This document shows positions 1 to 10,774 of a DNA stretch of 63,532 bases, in pieces. The position numbers and the translations under genes were made by a program. Numbering within the stretch: position 1 is the stretch's first letter; the number at the start of each line of letters is the position of its first letter. The notes beneath the pieces were generated by a model. The model did not search any database, was not told where the DNA came from, and saw only the letters and a list, made by a program, of their open reading frames with translations. Source of the stretch: Vezdaea acicularis (taxonomy: Eukaryota); the NCBI GenBank assembly GCA_026025075.1, contig JAPEUI010000096.1:1-63532 (forward strand), in the 5' to 3' direction.

Positions 1-760
1 GTATAATAAGAGACGGAAATGCGCTACCAAATAAGGCCATAAACCAGCACCAATTGTCTTCATTCTCCGTAGCAACAAGAGCCCAAGCTAACGGTAGCGT
101 TTCATTGTTAGCATCTAAGCCTACGGCAATTAACAGAACTCCGCCATAGGCACTAGTGCAATGAGCACCGTCAACTGCCGTAAAGAGGCGCATAGTTCTA
201 GCTGCGTGTTTTGTAGCTTCAGGAGCTATGAAACAGCGGAAAAATTGGCCTTCTGTTGTCTCTAAGACAGCAGTATGTTCCAAATTACTCTGTTCAATAG
301 CCGTAAAGTACGCTGGCAGCTTGTAAAAGCTATCAGCGCCGCTAACTATAAGGTTTGCTTGAGCGGCTTCTTGAATACGGTATGCTTGTCGATATGGCAG
401 AGTATTACCGTAACTGATACGTTCGTGAGCTATGATAGCTCGTGGAGTAGTCTTTGAATTGACCGCAACGTAATCCTCATGATGTGGTAAAGCAGCTGCA
501 ACACTGTTTGCTAACTTCCAACCTTGATGCACTGCCGGTGAACACGTATGCTCCGTAGCAGTTTTGATTTTTGCGGTGCCATCTTTTTGCCGGACCGCGT
601 GCCACCTGAACGGACATTCAACGGAGCGACAACCCACCGTATATCGTGTCTTTTCAGCCTTAAGGACCCGATAAGAGGTGCCTTGCTGAATTGCAGCAGT
701 TAAAAACGCCCGACCGGCGTCACTACATGATGGATAGATCTGATCAACAGTGATGGACAT
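1..760 (-). mobile_element. Mutator (MULE/MuDR-like) transposase, 5' part; ORF runs off the window edge
   Basis: Manual translation from ATG at 760 is open for 253 codons to position 1. It has an N-terminal C-x4-C...HTC zinc motif (GCRSVECPFRWHA...EHTC) and the MULE core start FTAVDGAHCTSAYGGVLLIAVGLDANNETLPLAWALVATENEDNWCWF. Absent from the ORF track because it has no stop in the window. Confidence 0.92.
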
Positions 761-1027
761 ATTGACGGACTTGATATGCGTAAATACAGGCTATAGCTAT
801 GGAAAACGGATTTCAGCAGGATATATACCCCGCTAAGTATAAAATAGCCACAAAGCGGTGAGGAAAGGCGGTGTAGCGTGGGTATCCGAGTCATTAATTC
901 AAGAACCTGGGTATCCAAGTCATTTGCCGAAATACTTATCATTAACTACCAAACTATTTTTTCATTCATTATATGCTTCTTGCATGTTCACTGCGTGCCC
1001 ACTGCATCCTGCATCGCTTATTTAGAT

Positions 1028-2214
1028 CGAAGCTGTGGACAAAATTGATGGCGCATAAGCGAGCGATCAGTATGGCGTTTGGAGCCCCTTGCGGTCAACG
1101 ACTGCGATAATGCGATCGCGCATGCTGGATATGTAGGAGTTGATTTCTTTATGTGTGATGTTATCCCATTCCTCTTCAATAGCCCTGCGCAATTCGTTAG
1201 GGTCTGTGCATTTGCGCTTTTTGACTCGCTGTTTGAGTATACGCTACACATTTTCAATAGGGCTAAGATCTGGTGATTGAGGGGGCCAAGGCTGCAATAG
1301 AGGAATATTATGATCCATTTTCCACTTATAATTGTTGTTCTGATGTGTGAGAGTCCCATGTGAAGGGTCATTATCTTCTTGTAGTATGTAGTCTTCATAG
1401 CCAGATTCACGAGCAGCAGCCCAAGCCGGGCCCACAAACCCATCCAAGACAAATTTTTGATAGTCTTCTTGGGTAAATCCTCCTCTTTTCCCAGTACCTC
1501 CATAGAAAATAAGGGGAGTTTTGAGGTTCCAGCCCACTCCTCCCCAAACAGACCAAAGAACTTTGGTTTGAGGCCGGCGGATTTGTATGCAGTCGTTACA
1601 GTATCGCTCTTCAGAATTCCGGATCACTAACTGAGATCTTCGTTGATTAAGGGCAAAATGGGCTTCATCTGTGAATACAACCCGATGCCATTGTTCATCA
1701 GTCCATTCCAAGTGATTTAAGCCAAATTCTTCTCTTTTTTTCTGATTATTGGGTGATATATACCCCTTTTGACAAGCTTTGCACTTATGATATCCCTCTT
1801 TTGAAAATGCCCGCTGCAAAGTCCTGTCACTTATATCCAATTTCCATTCCTCTATTAATTCATTCCAAGATTTTATACGCTCATTATAATGCCCTTGCAT
1901 TGCACTAATCATCTTATGTACTGTGTCACGATCAATTTTGTGTTTTCGGCCTCGTGTGGATCTTCTTGTTCGTGGGGTGGGCATTTTTACCCATCGGCGT
2001 ACATTGCTCTCGGCAGTATCAAGATCACCAGCAATTTCATAATTGCTCTTCTTGGTATGAGCTCGGGAGTACTGTGCCTTCGCTCTCTTTGGAGTATTGT
2101 GCTCTGGGCCATGCCCGCGGCCTCGGGGGGGCGTTTGGTGCGTTCGTGCCCGAGGCATTTTGTGTTGTGTGGGGGAAAATCGCTTATGCGCCATCAATTT
2201 TGTCCACAGCTTCG
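1028..2214 (-). mobile_element. Compact Tc1/IS630-superfamily DNA transposon (1187 bp) with perfect 35-bp TIRs
   Basis: CGAAGCTGTGGACAAAATTGATGGCGCATAAGCGA at 1028-1062 and its exact reverse complement at 2180-2214. Both ends are flanked by GAT (1025-1027, 2215-2217) and enclose a DDE transposase. Confidence 0.92.
1067..2158 (-). pseudogene. Tc1-like transposase with one premature stop
   Basis: Motifs VVFTDE, QEDNDPSHG and WPPQSPDLSPIENV are present. TAG at 1244-1246 replaces the conserved W; the frame then continues RILKQRVKKR...RKGLQTPY to a TGA at 1067. Confidence 0.9.
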
Positions 2215-2501
2215 GATTGACCCTAGCCACTTTCTGCTTGTACGCTACATTCTTACAGTATCTGTACGATTGAATACTAAAGAGCTATTCTACAATGCTT
2301 CCCCGCTTTGCTATATGACGATGGTCACGTGACGCAAGGGTAACGCAGGGGTGCAGCAAGGGTGGTCACGGGTAGGCAGGTTCATGACAGGGAGGGTGGT
2401 CATGACAATGCGGTTGGATCCTTTGTGAATAAACGAAACTAGCTAACTGTCGCGTGTATGGCTTTGGGCGATTTATAGAACAGCGTTCAATGAAATTTGG
2501 T

Positions 2502-4638
2502 CTAGACTGCCTCTTTAGTATCCTCTACCAGATTGCAACTTAACACCATGCCTCCATGCTCTTGATCTCGTCCTACTACAGTGTCCTCAACGTCCTCTGG
2601 CGTTCCGTCCCGGCATGCCCAAGCGTCCAAATATCTAAGAGTCTCTCTCCGCCACAATCTTCTCATCACAACGAGTCTAATTGGCACTAAGGCGATTATT
2701 ATGATCGGAAACACCGGCGCTGCTTTGGTCAAAGTAACAATGAAGATGACAATTGTGGTGATAATCTGTACTACAGTGTAGATATGGATGCCGCGGTACG
2801 TATGCACTGATTCTGGCAGATGCGGCAGCTCGGAAGTAGGCGTAAGTAGGTCGAAGAAGCGAAAAAGAATTGGACTACTTGGGATTAAAGACTTAAGAAG
2901 TTTAAAAACTGGAATTTAGTACTCACTTGATACTTAAGCTTTGTTCGCCCATAAAGAGGAACAGTCCCGCCAAAACACTCGTAGGGACCAACCCAAGCAC
3001 ATGCATGAATGGCGGGCTGACGAAGACAAGAATTGCTCCTGCGTGCAGAAAGTGGCTCCACCTTTGCTCGTACACTCGTTCGACCTCTCTGACCTCTGTG
3101 ATTTTGCTGCCATCAGCTCCCACCACTTGGACATTCGTCTTTGCTCTATACGTCAGGCTCTTTGTGTGTAAGGGCGCTTGAGGTAGAAGTCCATTAGCAG
3201 GAGGTATGCCAAGGATACCACATAATGCTGTGGTTGTACCAAGCAGCGCGATATCCCAGGCATACCCTCCCGGCTTCCTCTTTCCTTGGATGTCTGCAGT
3301 GCAAATAATGCTGCTTACCTCATGATCGAAGAAGAAGAGAACAGTTATGATGAATCCAGGTATGATTGCTGCAAAGACCCATGAGATAGGCAAGTGCCAA
3401 AATTGGACGAAAAATTTGGAGCGCTCCGGACTTGTTGGCCGGAATGAAGTGCTGACCTGGAGCAATTGCTTATCAAGGGTGGCAAGCTCCCCAATGCGTG
3501 GTATACCAATGAATATTATGATGCTTATAGCTGCGGCGTACTCGTTGAGACCCATCCTAACGTACCTATGGAAAAGCGGTCGCCACTTCTCAGCAGTAGA
3601 TAGCGTTACTGCAACTAGGAATGTTCCAATGGTCCCAATGACAGAGTAAAGAAAAGATGCAAAGCTATTGCTCGTATGTGCTCGTTGGAGCTCCTGTATA
3701 GCTTTATGGAAGTAAATAATACTATTGAGAAGGGAGAAGATTTCTGTAGAGAAAGTTGTAACATATCGCATAGTCCAATCATGGGCGTTGACGATAGCCA
3801 GAATGTAATGCATCCAAGCTGCATGTATCAATGACCATGCCATGAATGACAGAAAAGGTATCTAGGAAGACAAACTATGAGAGTCTATATGATTAAGGAA
3901 AGAAGGGGCTTAACAAGCGTACATGAAAGGAAGAATTGCACAGAGAGTAGATGGTTTCTGCCAGAATAGAGAAAGGACCGGTGACGCCAAGAATTGTCAG
4001 TGGTTGGAGGGAAAATCTAACGGAGTAAAGAATAAGAGTTAGTTTGGGACTCTATGAATGAGTAAAATGAGCTTATGTCTGAGGACGAAAGGGGCACAGC
4101 AGTCTTTAGAAGACCAAATAGGGCTACATTGGGGAATACGATTTGTTTTTCTTCGCAATGATTGAGCTATATATCATGAGTACAGTTTAGATAAAACATA
4201 CATAGAGAATATCACTCCACAAAGGCCAGTACTAAACACAACCTCTATCGTCCCCCAATTTTGGCCAGTAAGAACGTATAGATCACTGGCAAACGTGATC
4301 CCTGGTAGAAGATTTGTAAAGAAGACATATACTGCACTTGCAATAATCAGTTGGTTGAAAATTGTCCAGTCTGAGATGTATCTTTGGGTCAAATGGTTGA
4401 TGTCCTGTCGTAAGAGTCGGAATGGCCGGAGAGGGGCACCGACTCCAACGACACTATTAAGCCACGATTTTTGTGCTCGTGTATTAGGCTTGGACGACCG
4501 TAAATCGGGTTTGGAAGAGGGGGAAGCTTTCTCGGCCAGCGATGGTAATTCTGAGGCATGATCGCCAGCATCATGAGCGATTTGACGCGTAGCAGCCAAT
4601 CCGCTGGGTGTATCAGTCGGCGGTGAGCCTGAGCTCAT
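2502..4638 (-). CDS. BOR1: Borate/bicarbonate (SLC4, BOR1-like) anion transporter, 4 exons
   Basis: Motifs YVFFTNLLPGITFA, QPLTILGVTGP, LFFFDHEVSS, NGLLPQAPLH and YEQRWSH. GT-AG introns join the ORFs 4174-4725, 2923-3843 and 2502-2807. Confidence 0.88.
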
Positions 4639-4941
4639 ATCGAGAGACCGGGGAGAACGCGCAAACCCGTTCTTTCGATCTTGTTGCCGAACGACTTCCA
4701 ACCAGTATATGCCGATTGCGAGCACAATCCAAAGTGAGACTTAGGCTGACCTCTGCACTTGATAGAATAATTAAGATCCCATTTGGACTAGGGAAGAAGC
4801 AAACTTCAGTTTACGTCATCCAGAGAGGGTTCACTGATAGGTTTATTGAGTTATTGTAATCAATGTAGACATGCACGCCAAGGGCCAACAGGCTTAAAGG
4901 GTGAGGATTTGATAGAGATTAACGTCTCGGCATTGGTCCTC

Positions 4942-4949
4942 TGACGTCA
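4942..4949. promoter_or_regulatory. Palindromic CRE/ATF-type site TGACGTCA in a divergent promoter
   Basis: Exact TGACGTCA between the head-to-head borate transporter and small conserved gene. A single 8-mer; function is inferred only. Confidence 0.3.
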
Positions 4950-5215
4950 TCACATCACGGACGACTATATGCGGAGTCCAAGCAAAGGTATGGAAGAATG
5001 GGGTTTCGCCTCGATCATGAATTTTGAGATAATTGACTGTATTACCTCAGGGCTGGTGATCATAGAAGCTTGATCAGGAATCTCACCGGATCAGCCCTCA
5101 TCCCGTTAGCAGCAACGGGATGGCTCCATCTTTCTCTATTCGGATGTTGCATGGACTCCACCCTTATTGCACAGTGAAGTCAGTCTGTTACGCATTTCCT
5201 CATCGGAACTACGAC

Positions 5216-5628
5216 ATGAATTCAGGTGAGATACTAAAACCATGCGGTTACTGAAATGATCTTATCGGTTGATGTTAAACGCACTCCTAACAGCGCACGC
5301 TGACCTCTTCACTTTGCCTGTCTTAGGGGCCCCCTTGGACTCTGTGACCGAATCTCATCCCCGACGCTTCTCGACCTCTGTAGAAAAAGCTGCAGCTCAA
5401 GAACCAGAAGACATTCAAGTTCAAAACGAGAAAGAAAAACCTACAGAAATTCAAGAGCGGAAAGGTCAACAACAGAGAAAAAAGAGCTTAGCAGAGCTGG
5501 ATGATGAGCTTCGAGCGAAACTTGAGGAAAGATCTGGAGATGGAGGGTCAGCGGGTCTAGAGCTAGAGGATGGCAACCCTGTTAGTATGAAGAGAGGGGT
5601 CAAAAATAACATGTTTCGATATATATGA
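5216..5628 (+). CDS. Small conserved fungal hypothetical protein (2 exons)
   Basis: ATG at 5216, intron GTGAG...CTAACAG, and C-terminus SGDGGSAGLELEDGNPVSMKRGVKNNMFRYI resembling a recurring ascomycete small protein. Confidence 0.7.
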
Positions 5629-6084
5629 ATCAACCACAGCGTCATAAGTGTGAAAGAGAGGGGGGGAGGTTGAAGAGATGAGAAGTCAAGGTCTCAACAT
5701 ATCAGCTACTTTGAGGGTCACCTCCACAAGACACCAAAAAACCGCAAGACTCAATTAAATCGCTATCGTACCTTAGGAGCGGTCATCCCTTCATCAGTTG
5801 ATGTAAGTTCTTTGGTCCGATACCAATCAATCACAAGAACGGGGATAGTTGTGTCATCAAGTTCTCGTGCCCTAGAAATACAAGGTCTCAATTCTTCCGT
5901 GGGACAAGACATGGCTCGACGCAGGAATTCAGAAATCCTCAAGTTTCCCAGGCTATACAAGTTGCATATCCTCAATTTAAGACTCTTATGGTTTTAAGCG
6001 ATGGCTAAACTGGTTACCATACCGACGTATCAAGTTTGAGATTAATTTAGTCCTTGACTGCCACCTTGGGCAGATGCCACCATC

Positions 6085-7319
6085 TCAGCGCTCAGTCTCC
6101 TCAATCCTGTACACAAATTTGCGCCCGGCCGCCTTACCCTCCTTTAATCTTTGCAATCCAACCTGGACACCACGTAGACCTCCGGGTATCACCTCAAATG
6201 GATGTCCCTCAATCTCTCTTCTACTCAACAATCGCGCAAGGTATCGAAAGAAAAGATATGCGAAATCAACATCGTTTTCAACACTTTCTTGGTCCTTCGG
6301 CTGTTTTGGCATGGAAGTTTTGTAACTGCCATAGTGAGCTGTGCCGACATATGTGTATTTAATCTCGACGTTTTCTCCTAATTCTGGCTCATCGTACCTG
6401 TTGGCTCCGGAAACCACAGATAATTGCCCGCCATTTGAACCGATCAGTTGTGCAAGTGGTACCCACGTGCCATTCGAGCTAATCGCATCCAGAGCATGCT
6501 GGACTTGAAGCTTTCCCAGAGCTTCTCGTACCTCTTGTATCATGGTTTCCGTCCCACGGCGATAGTCGACGATCACGTCTCCTTTATCAGCATCGAGCAG
6601 TGAATATGCATATTCGTAACTTCCGCCACAAATGGCAATAATAGGGTGGATGTTGGCAACCTTCGCAAGCTTGATCGCAAAGCATCCCAGGGCGGAAGAT
6701 GCGCCATAAATTACGAGCGGTACTGGACCAGCTTTGGGAGATAGGGGGAACCACGGTGGCGGCAGACTCTGACGGCGGAAGAGCGATATTGCTGCGGTCA
6801 TGGAGACAAGTGGGATCGTCGCTGCTTCTAGCAGCGGGTAAAGTTAAGGGGGAATATATATGCCCCAATTGAAAGAGTTGCTCACCCTCAAAACCGACAT
6901 GCTGCGGAATGAGAAAGACGGTATGTGCGGGAGCTACAGCATATTCTGCATAGGCACCATGTGGAGTAAGCATCGGGTGAAATGCGGCAACGCGATCACC
7001 TTTGCTGAACTCTCCAGACGCATTGACGTTAGATCCAATACTGTAAACAATACCAGCTATGTCGTCACCACTGTTTATGGAAATCTTCAAAGCTATAATA
7101 TGAGCCCAATCTACATAACATCTATGGTGAGCTTTTGAGCAATTGGATGATGTCCAAGACATCTGGAATCAAGGAATGCTCAAAGTAGAGATCACCTTTC
7201 ACGTTACTTCCTGCGGCGACAACTTTGATCACTACTTCGTCCGGTCCTGCGGTTGGAATCGGTACATCATGAATCTCAACCGTGAATTCAGGGAGCGCGT
7301 TCACCACCGCTTCTTTCAT
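6085..7319 (-). CDS. MDR-family zinc-independent oxidoreductase (trans-enoyl reductase/quinone oxidoreductase-like), 3 exons
   Basis: GroES-like N-terminus (EVVIKVVAAGSNVKDW, NSGDDIAG, GDRVAAFH, GAYAEYA) and Rossmann motif VIYGASSALG; C-terminus GLQRLKEGKAAGRKFVYRI. Confidence 0.88.
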
Positions 7320-7822
7320 TTTTTCACTAGTTGTTGATGGCGTTTAGCAAGATTACTTGACTTGTGCACAAAGACTACAAATTGAAATATCAGGGTTATC
7401 GTTTGAGAATAGTCTTTGCAAGATGTATTTTCCAAAGGTAAGGTGGTTTTACCAAGCGAGCTATATACAAGGGAGGGGCATCCGGGCCCTCCCGCATTAC
7501 GTGAGAAGCGTAAGCAATAGGGAATGATCGTTGCTTCCATGGATGTGCCGACACCACTGAACGGAATGCAGAAGCGCAGACTATTCAAGCTATCCTTTCT
7601 AGAAGATTAGAAAACAATTTGCTTGACTAAGCTTATTGGTTTTGTGGACCTATATACTGAAGCTTGCAGACGCGTATCAAAACAGGATATTAGAGCTGTG
7701 TGCATAGGCATTCAGGACTCTATATTTCATAAAAAAGTATTATCACAAGCATTTCAATAGAACTTCCTGCGCCAAAAGATAAAACCGGCTAAAAAAACCT
7801 TTGAGTCCACGCCTGGGTATAT

Positions 7823-9739
7823 TTAAATAGAAGTCACACGCCTCTCTCGCAAACCTATTACGGTCTCGAGTTCCCTCAACATATGCGTGTTAGCTTCTCT
7901 ATTTTCTCGTATTGTCCCTGCTTTAACCCTTTCCTCCTTCATTTTCGCCATTCTCTGTTCTCGAGTTAAAGAGCTTCTTTGTCGAGGGGCAGCAATTGCT
8001 TCAAAGATCTCATCGTCAGAGCTCATCTCTCCATTCAGAGCTCGAAGGGCATCTGAAGGACTCCCTTCAACTGCAGTCCTTCCACTCAGAGACAATGTTG
8101 GTGACGTCATAGATTCTGATATCCTTTTTTCGTTTTTGTCGATGTTTGAAGCAAGCGCAGCTTTGCCATTCTCCCATTCGTGCATTAACATCCGCAAGTC
8201 TGCCCCAATTGATTCAAATTGAGACATCAGGTTGGAACCAATCTCCGTCACTTCCTCAGAATCATCAAGCGTACGGTCCGATTCTTCTCGAAGGACATGC
8301 ATCTTCGCCTGAAGGCTTCGAACACCCTGTGATAGAGAGTTTAATTTCCGCAGTTGTCCTCGTACCCGTTCTCGACCAGGTTCAAGCGGTTTTGAAGGAG
8401 GCACGACGTCTATCTCAGAGTGAGCGAGGGAAAAGTGCCAGTTGATAGACGCTACTTACGCTCCTCCTCAGCTAGGATATCTTTGATCATCTCCCCACGG
8501 TCAGCGGTGATCCGTGCGAGTACCTCCATCTCCTCAACGGCGGTCTTCCACCTTATTATATCCAGCTTTCCGCCTTCTGCCTCAAGCGCTAATAGGCAGC
8601 ATAGCAAAATCTTTCTTGTTGTGTGTAATCGATTGAAGAGGGTTTTCAGCGCCTTCAAGCTATCCGGGTCATCGGACTCCACATTGTTCACTTCTTGCAG
8701 ATCGACTATACCGATTTCGTAAATGTCATAATACTTTTCCAGGTCAACTTCTCGGGCTAACGGTTGGAGAGTAGTACATGCTTGAGCGAATGGAGTGATC
8801 GAGTCTACCAGCGCCGTACGTATGGTCTTTCGAAGTCGAACACATCGTCGGCTCTGCCGGTCTTCAAGACGTGACACTGGTGGCAATGGTGTACTCCTAC
8901 AAAGGTCAAAGAATGCTTTCAAATGCTCTGTCGGCATCACTTACAGTCTGTAACCTCTCGATACCAGCTCAACTTCTTGCACCAGGCTTATTGCTGTTGA
9001 CGCAGCCACGTCGAAGGCTTGTGAATTCGATATCAACAAAGATAAGTTCTCAATAGCTTGCATCCTTAAGTATTGGAGCCACTGGCGTCGTGCAAATGAG
9101 TATGAAATGATGGCGACTGCTAACAAGAGGATCATGACACCAGCCACCCTTCCAATACTCCCATTTCGAGCCCAATGTATCAACCAAACCACACAAAATG
9201 CGCCGCCAGCTGTAATAAGTGCTCCCATAATATTGGACGATCCATTTTCTCTTCGCGAATCGTTTGAAGGTCCAACATAATCGGCAAAAGATACGTTTGT
9301 GTGATCATTTAGAAGCTGCGACGCAACCACCAAATACCGAAATTGTTCGAGGAATTTGGAGTTATCTGTCGCTCCAAGCTGTGAATTCGCAGCGCGCTAA
9401 TTTATCATGAGTAACTATTTCTGCAATCTCAATAAAAGTTCTTACCGAACATATACTGTGAACTCGTGATATTGTAGAGCCTTTTGGCAGCTTGAGCTGG
9501 AGAGCTCGAGGTATTTTACTCTGAAACCTCGAAGAGCCACTCGAGAGACCTTGCGGAGCAAACGAATGCAGAGTGGGAGATGGCGACTGCTCTGTAACGC
9601 GCGTCAAAGTGATCTCAGAGTCCGCTACACCTTCTCCTGAAACAGTATTAGTCTCAGCTGTCCCATTACTAGTATCCCGAAGCATCATACCTTGCAAGTA
9701 CTCGGCCAGAGGCGAATCTTCATAAACGACAGACTCCAT
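7823..9739 (-). CDS. Vezatin-like (myosin-binding domain) membrane protein, multi-exon
   Basis: N-terminus MESVVYEDSPLAEYL, KFLEQFRYLVVASQLL, two TM segments, VQEVELVSRGY, PLPPVSRLE and a coiled-coil C-terminus typical of fungal vezatin homologues. Confidence 0.8.
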
Positions 9740-10215
9740 ATTATTTTCACTGTCATCTTCTCGGTTTCATCGTTTATTGATGCTTAATGCTATGGAGTTG
9801 TATGAATTCGCTGGAATTGAGAACTGTCGTGAAGGTACACAGGACTAGCTGAAATTAATACCTGCTGATGAAACCTTCACATAAGGATAGCAGTAAACTT
9901 TAGAGATAGTTGATATTAGTGAACTAAGCAAAAACTTAAGAATAGAGTGACGGCACCACAGATAAAAAGCAGGCGGCGCAAAGGAAATTGAAATACTTGC
10001 TTTCAAGGCGATGCATGGATTTACGGCAAGTGCCGATGTCAGGAGGTGACGCAGTCTCGTCCTGCTAAGCGCAAAATCTGTCCAGTTACCTTATGCATCT
10101 CGCATCAAATGCCTAGCCTCATTAGGTACCACGCACCGAACCTTCTTGTAAAAACCTTCGGAAAGCCTTTCCGACTGGATATCTCCGGAGAACAGCTATC
10201 AGACGAAAGTCGAAC

Positions 10216-10605
10216 ATGGTTGAGGAGCAAGCGCTGATCATCAATCCAATTGTGCATGAATCAATTCAACACAATGCAAGGGTAAAAATCGCACACATCC
10301 GAGGCAGGCAGTCCATAGAATGTATCCTAATTTTCTGACAGATAATATCCAATATTCGATCGTTGACTGCTTCACTATTTGGGATCTGTGCTGGAATTCT
10401 AGGCCTTGAATCCTGGCCAGGTTTTCTCTTCTACCTCATCGGTACCCTCTTCGTCTCCGGCTTGGCTTCGGTGATCCTCGCCCAAAGGCAGCCTGAGAAC
10501 TTCTTTCATGGAGGAGCTATGGAACTGGTGGGCAAAGACGTTTTGGGGGGATTAAGCAGCTTTGTACTTACGTGGACTCTATTTTTTGGGCTAGTCCGGG
10601 CTTGA
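10216..10605 (+). CDS. EMC6: ER membrane protein complex subunit 6
   Basis: MVEEQALIINPIVHESIQHNAR, one intron, then NIRSLTASLFGICAGILGLES...FVLTWTLFFGLVRA. Confidence 0.9.
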
Positions 10606-10774
10606 CAACGTTGGAGTCCATGCTTCTTTTAGCGTTCGAGTTTCGATATACAGATCTACTGGACCAGGCATTTTGCTAGTACTGTACTACATCACTAGGT
10701 CCATTCTGGTTCAAGTGACCCGGAGAACTTGTCGAGAGTCTTACATTTTGGGGCTTTTCGCTCATCTCTGCTAT

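Noticed and set aside
4950..4955. AUG-stop (ATGTGA, minus strand) upstream of the borate transporter, reminiscent of plant boron-sensing minimal uORFs
   Set aside because: About 310 bp upstream, abutting the CRE-like site and probably outside the transcript; a 6-mer is expected by chance.
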